64,000 nt of DNA from an uncultured Myxococcales bacterium (GCA_903955385.1 CAJBNH010000033.1:27586-91585); one strand, 5' to 3'; counted from the first letter of the stretch, positions 8,249 to 17,704 are shown. The notes: a model not told the origin generated them from the letters alone. Numbers and translations: made by a program.

Positions 8249-10378
8249 CTACGGGCAGACCTGAAGGATCCGCAGGTCGTCGACCAGCACGCCCAGGGTG
8301 TCGTTGGACTGGTCATCGACCGCATCAAAATCCAACCGAATCCAGAGCTTGTCGCCCAAGTCGGCCGGCAGATCCAACACCAGCTCCAGCCAGTTGTCGC
8401 CGGTTGTCTTCACGCAGCTGCCGCCCTGCCCACAGTTGGTGCCTTGAGGACACTGCGCGGCCGGCAGCGACGACTTGGTCCACAGCACCTTGGCAGGCTT
8501 GCCGGTCGCCTCTGCCGAGATCGTGATCTTGTCGTAGTTCACGCACGCCTCGACCTTGGCCTGAATCTGCAGCCGAAGCTGGCGCTTGGTGCCGGGAGGC
8601 AGCGAGACCTCAGGCAGGGTGACGGTGCCCTTGTTGTTGTTGAACGAGTACTTCAGCGTGGCAGGGTCGCCGTAGTACAGGACACTGCCGGGCGTGAAAG
8701 CCCAGGGCGTCGCGTAGACCTGCCACCCCTTGCTCGGGCTGTTGCTGTTGCTGATCTTGGCGCCCGCGGGCAGTCCGCTGTCGAAACCCTCTTGCCAGAA
8801 CACCTTCTTGGGGTCGCAGCAGCTGGCGATCGCCGTGTGCGTGCACGCGCCCGTCCCCGGGGTGCACGCGTCGGTGGTGCAAGCGTTGCCGTCGTCGCAA
8901 AGCGCCGTGTTGGCGGGGAACGTGCAGTCCTTGGCCGCGTCGCAGGTATCGACGGTACAGGGATTGTTGTCGGTGCAAGTCTTGGCTGCGCCCGCGATGC
9001 ACTTGCCGTTCAGGCACTTGTCGCCCACGGTGCACACGCTGCCATCGGTGCAGTCGCCGCTGTTGGCCAGAAACACGCAACCTCCGGGTGCCTTGGGGTC
9101 GCACGCCTCGTCGGTGCAGGCGTTGCCGTCGTCGCACACCAAAGGCTTGGTGCCGGCGCACTTGCCTGCCTTGCACAAGTCCGCGTCGGTGCAGACGTTG
9201 CCGTCGTTGCACGGTGCCGCATTCTCGACGAACAGGCAGCCACCCTTCGGGTCACACTTGTTGTCGGTGCAGGGATTGCCGTCGTCGCAGCTGTTCGGCA
9301 GCGCCGTGTGCTGACAGCCAGCCTTGGGGTCGCAGGCATCGCTGGTGCACAAGTCCTGATCGTCACACGTGTCGGCCGTACCTTTGCACAAGCCGACGGC
9401 ACACAAGTCGCCCTTTGTGCATGGGTTGCTGTCGTCGCAGGCCTGCGTGTTGGGCTTCTGGCCGCAACCCTGACCCGGCACGCAGACCGTGTCGGTGCAG
9501 ATGTCGTTGTCCGAGCAGACGACGCCGACGTTGTAGCCACCGCCGTCCGCGCGGCACTCGAAATACCCGAGCGAGCTGCCGCATCCCCCCTTGGCGCAAA
9601 GGTCTTCCTGGCAGCGGTGGCTGGCGTCGCAGAACTTGCCCGGCAGGCAGTCGTCGGCCGTCTCGCAGTCGACGCACACGCCCGCCACGGTGTCGCAGAT
9701 CAGGTCGCATTCCTTGCTGGTCTTGCAGGGCTTTGCGCCGATGCAGCGGTGGTCCAGGCAGGCCTGTTGGTCACCGCAGTCGGCGGCCACCACGCAATCA
9801 GCGCACAGTCCTATCGGCTTGTCGCATACCTGGTTGTTGGCCTTGCACTCGACGTCGGACTTGCAGGTCTTCGACGCGGAGCACTTGCGTTCGAGACAGA
9901 GCAGGCCAGCGCCGCAGTCGGCCGACGTCAGGCACGGGACACACGCACGGGTCGCGAGGTCGCAAACGCCCGTCTTGCATGGGTTCTTGTCGTCGCAAGG
10001 AGCAACGGTTTGCGTGCAGCCGGGAATGGCCTCGTGGGTGCAGGCGCCCGTGGCACTGCACCCGTCGATGGTGCAGGCATCCTCGTCTGCGCACTCCGAC
10101 GCTGCGGTGCATCCCGCGGGGGTCGCATCGGGGTCGGTGACGGCGTCGGAGGAGGTCTCCGTCGCTGCGTCGGGGTCGGTCACGCCGTCGGTGGTGGCAT
10201 CGTCCGAAACCGTGGCGCCGTCTGGCAGCGACGTGTCGCTGAGCGAAACATCGCCAGTGTCTTCCGCGACATCCGCAGCGGTCATGCCGCCGAGCGGGGT
10301 CGTGACATTGGAGCAACCGGCGGTCAGGGCGACCAGCAGGACAACGGTCGCAAGGGCGCGAGGGCAGAAGGAGTGCAT
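8249..10378 (-). CDS. Large lipoprotein with Myxococcus-type cysteine-rich repeats (CxDGNxCTxDxCxxxxGC) and a C-terminal beta-sandwich-like domain
   Basis: Lipoprotein signal MHSFCPRALATVVLLVALTAGC. An Asp/Thr-rich linker follows. There are at least 10 tandem Cys-rich modules resembling TIGR02232. The last ~190 aa are cysteine-poor. The start chosen is the ATG at 10378, inside the longer ORF that begins at 10675. Confidence 0.8.
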   Translation of the reverse strand: MHSFCPRALATVVLLVALTAGCSNVTTPLGGMTAADVAEDTGDVSLSDTSLPDGATVSDDATTDGVTDPDAATETSSDAVTDPDATPAGCTAASECADEDACTIDGCSATGACTHEAIPGCTQTVAPCDDKNPCKTGVCDLATRACVPCLTSADCGAGLLCLERKCSASKTCKSDVECKANNQVCDKPIGLCADCVVAADCGDQQACLDHRCIGAKPCKTSKECDLICDTVAGVCVDCETADDCLPGKFCDASHRCQEDLCAKGGCGSSLGYFECRADGGGYNVGVVCSDNDICTDTVCVPGQGCGQKPNTQACDDSNPCTKGDLCAVGLCKGTADTCDDQDLCTSDACDPKAGCQHTALPNSCDDGNPCTDNKCDPKGGCLFVENAAPCNDGNVCTDADLCKAGKCAGTKPLVCDDGNACTDEACDPKAPGGCVFLANSGDCTDGSVCTVGDKCLNGKCIAGAAKTCTDNNPCTVDTCDAAKDCTFPANTALCDDGNACTTDACTPGTGACTHTAIASCCDPKKVFWQEGFDSGLPAGAKISNSNSPSKGWQVYATPWAFTPGSVLYYGDPATLKYSFNNNKGTVTLPEVSLPPGTKRQLRLQIQAKVEACVNYDKITISAEATGKPAKVLWTKSSLPAAQCPQGTNCGQGGSCVKTTGDNWLELVLDLPADLGDKLWIRLDFDAVDDQSNDTLGVLVDDLRILQVCP

Positions 10379-10560
10379 GCGGTGGCCTCTGCGAAAGGTG
10401 GGAGACAGCCTTGCATGATACGGGTCGTCGCAGGGGCGGACAAGGCAAGGTGCATGGACGGAATAAATCGGGTCAATTGGGTCCGGAATTTGGAATCGAC
10501 TTGACAGGCGTCGCGGCGTGGCGAGGATCCCCGCCGTAACTGAACGACGACAGCCGCGCG

Positions 10561-11478
10561 TTGCGGCTTCTCCGTGGGAGGGACCCGATGGTAGGCATTG
10601 GTACGCCTTGGCGCCGCCGTAGATTGGTTCTGATGTGGGCGGGGTTGCTGATGATGCCGGCCCTCGCGCAGGCACAGGTCTTTGAGAGCGGCGAGTCGCT
10701 GCTGATGGGCTATTCCGTCACCGGCGGGGCCATCTACGAGGCCGGGCGCGGCGAGCTCAGCGGTTGGCGCGACGGCGTCGATCCCACGCCGACCGCTTAC
10801 GGCTTCCGTTACTTCGAGCGCAACGGCTTGATCTCAGGCACGATCGGCGCCGTGGCCGTGGTTCTGGGCGGCGCGATGGCGGCATCGGGACCCAAGAGCG
10901 TCGAGACCTGGGAAGACTCGAACTACCGCTATACCAAAACAACCTACTACAGCGCTGCCGAACAGGCAGCGATCACCGGGTCTGCCGCACAGTCGGCGTC
11001 CGAGCTGATGGGCTCGCCCAACCAAAGCTTCGACCTGCAGATCTTCTCGCGCTCACTCGGTGGCACCACGGCCGGCTACAAGGCCAACCTCATGTTCGTG
11101 GGCATCCCGTTCGAGGGCGGCATGGTCGACGTCGGCATGGGGTTGGGCAAGGTCACGTCGGCGTTTCAGGACAAGGGCCAATATTTCGTCAGTCGCTACA
11201 CGTACTTCGGAATGCCCATGCGGCTCAACCTGGTGATGGGACCGGTCGTGACTTACCTGCACTTCGACTGGAACTGGCTCAGCCACGCCGAGCACAAGGC
11301 CCCGGTCATCTCGGGGGCATCCAAGAACACGAAAGAGGTCGAGTCCGACGCCTTCCCGTGGCGCCTGGGTGTGCAGGCCGCGCTGTTCGGCCGGCTCTAC
11401 GTCGACGGAGCCGCCACCACACCTTCGCTGACGTCGGGTGACTTCGGGTACTCCGGGTCGCTCGGGCTGCGCTTCTAG
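10561..11478 (+). CDS. Secreted outer-membrane beta-barrel-like protein (hypothetical)
   Basis: The signal peptide ends …MMPALAQAQ. The protein is Gly/Tyr-rich with alternating hydrophobic residues and ends in …GSLGLRF, an aromatic residue of the kind seen at OMP C-termini. An alternative start lies at 10588. Confidence 0.65.
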   Translation: MRLLRGRDPMVGIGTPWRRRRLVLMWAGLLMMPALAQAQVFESGESLLMGYSVTGGAIYEAGRGELSGWRDGVDPTPTAYGFRYFERNGLISGTIGAVAVVLGGAMAASGPKSVETWEDSNYRYTKTTYYSAAEQAAITGSAAQSASELMGSPNQSFDLQIFSRSLGGTTAGYKANLMFVGIPFEGGMVDVGMGLGKVTSAFQDKGQYFVSRYTYFGMPMRLNLVMGPVVTYLHFDWNWLSHAEHKAPVISGASKNTKEVESDAFPWRLGVQAALFGRLYVDGAATTPSLTSGDFGYSGSLGLRF

Positions 11479-11494
11479 GCGCAAGGAGGACGTC

Positions 11495-12229
11495 ATGCAT
11501 CAGTCCACTAAGCCACACTTTGCGGGTTACTTTCTGGCGGCGCTGCTATCGCTTGCTGCCTCTACCGCGCTGGCGGAAACGGTGGCCGGGCCCTACGGGA
11601 TGACCCGCAACGGTCTGGTAGGCGGCTTCTTCGGCCAGGGCGAGCGATGGGGACAGGGCGGGTCGCAGGTGATCCTGTTTGCTGAGGGCGGTCTGTTCAC
11701 GCACGCCTCGACGCTGGGCAACTTGGGTGGACTCTCAGGCGGCATCCAGATGGGGTGGGACGGCGTACCGGCCTCAGGCGACGACACGATCGGCCTGGGC
11801 AGCTTCCAGTTCGACATGTGGGCCGGTTTTCCCGTCTCGCTGTTCCGCATCGGCGACCTGTTTCAACTGACGTTCGAGCCCGGCATGGGGATGAGCTATC
11901 AGGCCTCGTACCTGAACATGAAGCTGCGTGGCGGGTTTGCGGTTGGCGAAGTGGAGGGTGACCTGACAGGAACCTGGTGGCCCGGCGCGACCAGCTATGC
12001 GACGGGCCCCGACGGCGTCGGCAACGATGCGACCAGCTTGAAGGGCACCCTTTACATCGGCGACGATCCAGCCTTCTTTGCATGGGGCGAGTACTACTCC
12101 AGCCGACGCGAGCAGGAGTCGTTCGACACCACGAAGTCGCAGGAATACGGTGGGTTGAACGTGTTTGGCACCACGACCCGGCAAGACTTTGAGAACCTGA
12201 TCCGCATCGGCTTGGGGGTCGCCTTCTGA
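11495..12229 (+). CDS. Secreted outer-membrane beta-barrel-like protein (hypothetical)
   Basis: A strong RBS (AAGGAGGA) sits 5 nt upstream of the ATG at 11495. The signal peptide ends …AASTALAETVA. The protein ends …RIGLGVAF, an OMP-like C-terminus. Confidence 0.7.
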   Translation: MHQSTKPHFAGYFLAALLSLAASTALAETVAGPYGMTRNGLVGGFFGQGERWGQGGSQVILFAEGGLFTHASTLGNLGGLSGGIQMGWDGVPASGDDTIGLGSFQFDMWAGFPVSLFRIGDLFQLTFEPGMGMSYQASYLNMKLRGGFAVGEVEGDLTGTWWPGATSYATGPDGVGNDATSLKGTLYIGDDPAFFAWGEYYSSRREQESFDTTKSQEYGGLNVFGTTTRQDFENLIRIGLGVAF

Positions 12230-12263
12230 CCCCCGCACCGTCGCCCCCAACTGAGAGATCGCC

Positions 12264-13277
12264 ATGCCGTACACACGCTTCGCCCTTCCGGTTCTCGCGT
12301 TGTTGGTCGGATGCCAGACCTCTCAGGTCAACGTGACACCGGTCGATCCCGACGTCACGGCCGACACGACGGAAGTGCAGACCGACACGCAGACGGAGCC
12401 GACGTGCAGTGGAACGGTGAGCGGCACCTTCCTCATCCGGCCCAGCGTGAAGGCGGGGCTGAAGAACCCTTGCACCATCAACGGTTCGCTGACGATCTCG
12501 CTGGACGCAGCGGCCGATGAGCTGGCGACGGTTCAGGGTCTGCAGGTCGTGACCGGGGATCTGGAACTCCAGAACGGCGCGACCGATCCGGGGCCGGTGC
12601 TGCCGCACCTGACGCAAGTCAACGGCTCGATCACGCTGCAGAACATCGGCGCGCCCCTGGTGTCCGGTTTCGACGCACTGCTACAGGCGGACGGCGGCGT
12701 GACGTTCATGAACTCCACGGGCATTCAGGAGATCCGCGGCTTTGCGAGCTTGACCGCTACCCAAGTGGTCGAGGTCAACAATCTGCCCAACCTCGAGTTG
12801 ATCGACGGGTTTTCCAGCCTGTCGTCGCTCGCGCACCTCAAGCTCAGCTATCTGTCCAAGCTAAAGACGGTCCTGGGCCTTGGCGCCAACGTCACGGGGC
12901 AGGTCGAGACCGTCTGGCTCAGCCAACTACAGCTGCTGCAGTCGTTTCCGACGATGGACAAGGTGACGGAAGTCGCCGCTCTGGAGACCACAGCCACGGG
13001 CTTCTTGTCGGTCAGTGCATGGCCGTCCCTGACCAAGGTGGAGACCCTGACCGTCACCGACAACGCAGCGGTGGCTTCTCTGCACTTCCCGGTGCTGACG
13101 CAGGTGGAGACCGGGCTGTTTGTCGGCAGCAACCCGTACCTGAAGAGCATGGCCGGACTGGACGCGGTCACGTCGTGCGGTCAAGTCCGGTTCTGCAACA
13201 ACCACAAGGACTTGACGGAGGCTGCCGTCCACGCTTGGATCGCTGTACACGGCGGTCAGGACATGAAGTGCAACTGA
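12264..13277 (+). CDS. Lipoprotein with leucine-rich, receptor-L-domain-like beta-helix repeats
   Basis: Lipobox LLVGC with an Asp/Thr-rich linker. Repeats of ~24 aa carry spaced L/V/I residues (…LQVVTGDLELQNG…LTQVNGSITLQNI…). Cysteines occur near both termini. Confidence 0.7.
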   Translation: MPYTRFALPVLALLVGCQTSQVNVTPVDPDVTADTTEVQTDTQTEPTCSGTVSGTFLIRPSVKAGLKNPCTINGSLTISLDAAADELATVQGLQVVTGDLELQNGATDPGPVLPHLTQVNGSITLQNIGAPLVSGFDALLQADGGVTFMNSTGIQEIRGFASLTATQVVEVNNLPNLELIDGFSSLSSLAHLKLSYLSKLKTVLGLGANVTGQVETVWLSQLQLLQSFPTMDKVTEVAALETTATGFLSVSAWPSLTKVETLTVTDNAAVASLHFPVLTQVETGLFVGSNPYLKSMAGLDAVTSCGQVRFCNNHKDLTEAAVHAWIAVHGGQDMKCN

Positions 13278-13302
13278 CGACGACCGTGGCTCGTCGCTCG
13301 CG

Positions 13303-14859
13303 CTAGAAGCCGCAGGCCAGCGACGCCCCGGCGCACTTGCCGGCCATGCAGATGCCCTTGCAAACCATGTCGGTCTTGCACTGGTCGTCGCAGGCGGCGT
13401 TGCAGCTGATGAAGGCGAACGCCTCTGTGGCTGCCTGCTTGCTGCCCAGGTCAAAGCACTGCAGGCCGCACGCGGGCTTGCCAGCGCACAGGTTCATGCA
13501 GCCCAGCACGGTCTTGCAGTCGCCCAAGCCCTTGGGGTCCAAGCACGCGATCGTCGTGTCGGTGCACTCCGTCGTGGTTTGTCCGAAACACTGCATCGCC
13601 GACCACGCCTGACCAGCAGCCTGCGGCGTCGCATCCTTCAAGCACGCAAGCCCGCAACTGTCGTTGCCTTGGCCGCAATTCGCCGCGCACGCCAGCGTCT
13701 GGCTGCAGGTCTTGGTGCCCTGGGGGTCCAGGCACTGGATGTACTTGTCCTGGCACTCGGGTGTCAGGGAACCGCCGTCGCTGGTGCAGTTGAACAACTC
13801 CAGCGCTTGGGCCGCCGCGGCGGGCTTGGACTGGTGCAGGCAACCGAACGCGCAGCCGGGCCCCGGGTCGGTGTCCCCGGCCGCCTTCTTGCACTCGTTG
13901 GCGCAAGTGATGGCATCCCAACAGGTCTTGCTGCCGGTCGGGTCGATGCAGCCCATGAAGGCCGTGGCGCACTCGGGCGTGGTCTCGGTCTGGCCCAAGC
14001 AGGGCAGCAAGGGAGTGAACTTCTGCTGAGCGGCGGGCGAGGCTTGGGACAAGCACTTGATCAAGCAGTCGCCGTCGCTGCGCTCAGGCGCGCAGGTCTG
14101 GTTGCAGTCGAACAGCTGCCAGCACTCCAGCGAGCCTGACTGGCCCTCCAGCAGGCACGCCATCACCTCCGCACCGCACGCTGCCATCGGATCTGCGGAC
14201 GTTGACTTGGCCACGCAGTCGCTGATCGCCTGCACACGGGTCTTCGCCTTGGCCGTCAGGCCGTTGTAGCAACTCGCCATGCACTGCAGCCCGTCGGCGT
14301 TGGCCATCGAGCAGCCGTCGAAGCAGGCCGAGGCGTCCTTGCACGCCACGGGGCCGGCCGTGCCGTCGTCGAGGCACGTGTACAGCTGCGACATGCACTT
14401 GGCCTCGATGCACTGGTCCACGCACTTCGGGTCTTGGCTGCCCTTGCACAGACCCGCCTGACACGTGCCCTGGACGCACATCAGCAGGGGAGCCGCCGCG
14501 ACGATGGCCGCCGAGCTTGCATCCGCAAGACAAGCCTTTTCGCAACCCGCCACACCGGAGGCACAGGCGAGGGTGATGCACTGCACGAGGTCCGGACAAT
14601 TCGCATACGTAGCGATGACTTCGGTGATGTCAGCGGTCGCGTCCTGTTCCACCGCGTCTTCTGCGACGTCCGCAACGGCATCGTCCTGTTGAATCGTGTC
14701 GTTGGTCTGGGTCGCGTCGCCCGCGATGTCGCCCACGGCGTCGGGGTCGGCGACGATCGTGTCGTCCAGCACCAAGCCAGGGGCCTCGGTCTCCGAGCTG
14801 CACGCCGCAACGGCCAAGGCGCCAAGGACAAGGCAACAGATTGCGGTACGCGAATGCAT
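13303..14859 (-). CDS. Lipoprotein made of six tandem ~70-aa modules with eight cysteines each (disulfide-rich repeat not assignable to a named family)
   Basis: Lipoprotein signal MHSRTAICCLVLGALAVAAC followed by an Asp-rich linker. Six modules follow the pattern C-x4-5-C-x3-C-…-C-x3-C-L-…-C-…-C-…-C-(L/I)-D-P. The start is the ATG at 14859. Confidence 0.75.
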   Translation of the reverse strand: MHSRTAICCLVLGALAVAACSSETEAPGLVLDDTIVADPDAVGDIAGDATQTNDTIQQDDAVADVAEDAVEQDATADITEVIATYANCPDLVQCITLACASGVAGCEKACLADASSAAIVAAAPLLMCVQGTCQAGLCKGSQDPKCVDQCIEAKCMSQLYTCLDDGTAGPVACKDASACFDGCSMANADGLQCMASCYNGLTAKAKTRVQAISDCVAKSTSADPMAACGAEVMACLLEGQSGSLECWQLFDCNQTCAPERSDGDCLIKCLSQASPAAQQKFTPLLPCLGQTETTPECATAFMGCIDPTGSKTCWDAITCANECKKAAGDTDPGPGCAFGCLHQSKPAAAAQALELFNCTSDGGSLTPECQDKYIQCLDPQGTKTCSQTLACAANCGQGNDSCGLACLKDATPQAAGQAWSAMQCFGQTTTECTDTTIACLDPKGLGDCKTVLGCMNLCAGKPACGLQCFDLGSKQAATEAFAFISCNAACDDQCKTDMVCKGICMAGKCAGASLACGF

Positions 14860-14983
14860 GAAGAATCCCCCTGATCGGCGATGCCGTAGTGGGGCGCAGT
14901 GTAGTGGTTGGCCGCGACAACCGAAAGGCTCGTTTTGCCCGGACTTGTTGACGTCTGCGACGCCAGCCCTACGCTCCCGGGTC

Positions 14984-15880
14984 ATGCTGCCGCTGCCCAT
15001 CCACGCCCGCATCGCCGTTGTCGCCCCTGCCGGGGTGTTTTCCACCGACCGCCTCGCCCGCGGGATCGAGGTCGTCCGATCGTGGGGCCACTCGGTCGTC
15101 GAAGCTCCCAACCTGCGCTGCCAACACCGGTATTGCGCTGGAACGGCTTCTGAGCGCACCGCCGACTTGATCTGGGCGCTGACCGAGCCCGGCATCGACG
15201 CCGTCTGGTTTGCCCGCGGCGGATACGGCACGGTCCACACGCTTGCGACCCTGCCATGGGATCGCTTGGATGGACGTCCGGTCATCGGCTTTTCCGACGC
15301 GACCGCACTGCACGCCGCATGCTGGTCCAAGGGATTCCGCACCGTGCACGGTCCGGTGCTGCAAGGGCTGTGCGACTACGACCTGCAGGCTGCGCCGCCG
15401 GTTGTGTGCGCCGACCCCGAAAGCCGCAAGTCCGTGCAGACGCTGCTGTCGACGGGGCGAGCCGCGCCGCTGCCCGCCGAGCCATTCTGCGGCCCCGATG
15501 TGGTGGTGCGGGGTCCAGTGGTGGGTGGCAACCTGAGCGTGCTGGCAAGCCTCTGCGGCACGCCGTGGGCGCTGCGGGGGCAGGGCGCCATCGTGGTGCT
15601 CGAGGACGTCGGCGAGGCCCCCTACCGCATCGACCGCCTGCTGACCCAGTTGATCGACTGTGGAACGTTCGATGGAGCCGTCGGCGTGGCGCTGGGCGAC
15701 TTCAACCAGTGCCGGTCCGAGGTGGCGAGCTACAGCGTGCGTGACGTGCTGCACGACCTGCTGCAGCCGCTGGGACTGCCCGTCGTGGCCGGCGTGCCCA
15801 TCGGCCACACCGCGCACAACTACGCTTGGGTCCACGGGGAAGTGGGCGAGCTCAGGCCGGACGGCATCGACTGGCCTTGA
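14984..15880 (+). CDS. ldcA: LD-carboxypeptidase (peptidase S66, muramoyltetrapeptide carboxypeptidase)
   Basis: S66-family motifs are present (IAVVAPAG…, VIGFSDATALH, GHTAHNYAWVHGE). The start is the ATG at 14984, inside the longer ORF from 14696. Confidence 0.82.
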   Translation: MLPLPIHARIAVVAPAGVFSTDRLARGIEVVRSWGHSVVEAPNLRCQHRYCAGTASERTADLIWALTEPGIDAVWFARGGYGTVHTLATLPWDRLDGRPVIGFSDATALHAACWSKGFRTVHGPVLQGLCDYDLQAAPPVVCADPESRKSVQTLLSTGRAAPLPAEPFCGPDVVVRGPVVGGNLSVLASLCGTPWALRGQGAIVVLEDVGEAPYRIDRLLTQLIDCGTFDGAVGVALGDFNQCRSEVASYSVRDVLHDLLQPLGLPVVAGVPIGHTAHNYAWVHGEVGELRPDGIDWP

Positions 15881-15883
15881 CCG

Positions 15884-17704
15884 TTAGGCCGTCTCGCGCT
15901 CCGTACCCACAAAGACCTGATGCTCGACCAGCCGCCGGTACACGCCGTCCAGCGCCATCAGGTCGTCGTGACGGCCGCGCTCGATGAGCTGCCCGTGCTC
16001 CAGCACCGCGATGGCGTCGGCGTTGCGCACCGTGCTGAGGCGGTGGGCGATGATCAGGGTCGTGCGGCCTTCCATCAGGCGCTGCAGGGCCTTCTGCACC
16101 AGCGACTCGCTCTCAGCGTCCAGGTTGGAGGTCGCTTCGTCGAGGATGAGCACCCTCGGGTCCGCCAGCAGCGCCCGGGCAATGGCGACGCGTTGACGTT
16201 GCCCGCCGGACAGCTGCACGCCGCGCTCTCCCACCTTGGTGTCGTACCCGTCGGGAAACTCGAGGATGAACTCATGTGCGTGCGCGTCGCGAGCTGCCTG
16301 TTCGACCTCGGATTCCGTTGCACCTTCGCGGCCATAGGCGATGTTCTCGCGGACCGTGCCGGAGAACAGTACGGGCTCCTGTGCGACAATCGCGATCGCG
16401 TGGCGCAGGTCGGCCAAGCGCAAGTCGCGCACATCGACGCCCTCGAACGTCACGCGACCGCTCGTCACGTCGTGGAACCGCTGTAGCAGCGCCGTCAGGG
16501 TCGTCTTGCCCGCTCCAGAAGCCCCCACCAACGCCACCGACTCGCCGGGAGCCACCTCCAGCGTGATCCCTTGCAGCACCGGATGGTCCGGCCGGGCCGG
16601 GTACACGAACCGCACGTCCTCGAACTTTACGGCACCGCGGCCTTTGGGCAGGTCGACAGGATGCTCCGGATCGGCGATCGCTGGCTCTGCGTTCAGGATC
16701 TCGAAGAGGCGTTCCGTAGCGCCTACGGCCCTTTGCAGCGCGCCTCCCAGGCTCGCCAGCGCACCGACCGCCCCCGCGACCATCACGGTGTAGAGCAGAA
16801 ACGCCGTCAAATCGCCGCCCGAAAGCTCATGCCGCACGACCGCCCGGCCGCCAACCCAAACGATCGCGGCGATGGCCAGCGAGACGCCCAGCGTGATCAC
16901 CGCGAAGAACAGCGCTCGCCAGCGGATCAGGTGCAGCGACTGTCCAAAGGCGGCCAGGATGTTGCCCCGATAGGTCTCGGCCTCGCGCGGCTCGCGCACG
17001 AAGGCTTGCACCGTCTGCATCGACGACACGACCTCTTCCACCCGCGTCGAAGTGATCGCATGACGGTCCTGCACCGCGCGGCTGAGCCTGCGCACCTTGC
17101 GCCCGAACACGACCATGAAGATGACGGTGGGAGGCACAATCGCCAGCATCATCAGCGTCAGCTTGGGATTCTCGACGAACAACAGCACGATGCCGCCCAA
17201 CAGCGTCACGCCGTTGCGCAAGGCCATGCTCAGCTCGGTGCCGACCAGCCCCTCGACCACCGTCACGTCGCTGGCCAACCGCGACAGAATCTCGCCCGTG
17301 TGACGCTCCTGAAACCACCCCGGCGGCAAGCGCAGCAGCTTGGCGAACACCTGCACGCGCAGGTCGGCCACCACCTTCTCGCCCAGCCAGCTCATCAGGT
17401 AGTGACGGATGTAGATGAACCCGGCCTGGATCAGAAACACCGCGACCAGCACCCAAGTCAGCTGGTTCAGCTTGTCCATCGAGCCCGACGCCAGACCGAT
17501 GTCGACGGCGTTGCGCGCCGCCTGCGGGTACACCAAGCCCAGACCTGAGCTGACGAACAGCGCGATCGTGGCGATCCAGAACTTGGCCTTGTACGGCCCG
17601 ACCAGCGCCAGCAGCTGCCACAGCGGGTCCAGACGCAGGCGCCCTTTGGGAGGCTGCGGATCGGCGAGGGAAGGAGAGGAATTCGAGTGCACAGGCTGGG
17701 CCAT
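15884..17704 (-). CDS. ABC exporter with fused permease and ATPase (MsbA/lipid-A-exporter-like)
   Basis: Six predicted TM helices in the N-terminal half. Walker A (GASGAGKTT), the ABC signature (LSGGQRQRVAIARAL) and Walker B (ILILDEATS) are present. Confidence 0.9.
   Translation of the reverse strand: MAQPVHSNSSPSLADPQPPKGRLRLDPLWQLLALVGPYKAKFWIATIALFVSSGLGLVYPQAARNAVDIGLASGSMDKLNQLTWVLVAVFLIQAGFIYIRHYLMSWLGEKVVADLRVQVFAKLLRLPPGWFQERHTGEILSRLASDVTVVEGLVGTELSMALRNGVTLLGGIVLLFVENPKLTLMMLAIVPPTVIFMVVFGRKVRRLSRAVQDRHAITSTRVEEVVSSMQTVQAFVREPREAETYRGNILAAFGQSLHLIRWRALFFAVITLGVSLAIAAIVWVGGRAVVRHELSGGDLTAFLLYTVMVAGAVGALASLGGALQRAVGATERLFEILNAEPAIADPEHPVDLPKGRGAVKFEDVRFVYPARPDHPVLQGITLEVAPGESVALVGASGAGKTTLTALLQRFHDVTSGRVTFEGVDVRDLRLADLRHAIAIVAQEPVLFSGTVRENIAYGREGATESEVEQAARDAHAHEFILEFPDGYDTKVGERGVQLSGGQRQRVAIARALLADPRVLILDEATSNLDAESESLVQKALQRLMEGRTTLIIAHRLSTVRNADAIAVLEHGQLIERGRHDDLMALDGVYRRLVEHQVFVGTERETA

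Noticed and set aside
8207-10504. 765-aa plus-strand ORF
   Set aside because: It is antisense to the Cys-repeat lipoprotein gene and has low-complexity Ala/Gly/Val/Arg content. The minus-strand gene has a signal peptide and coherent repeats.
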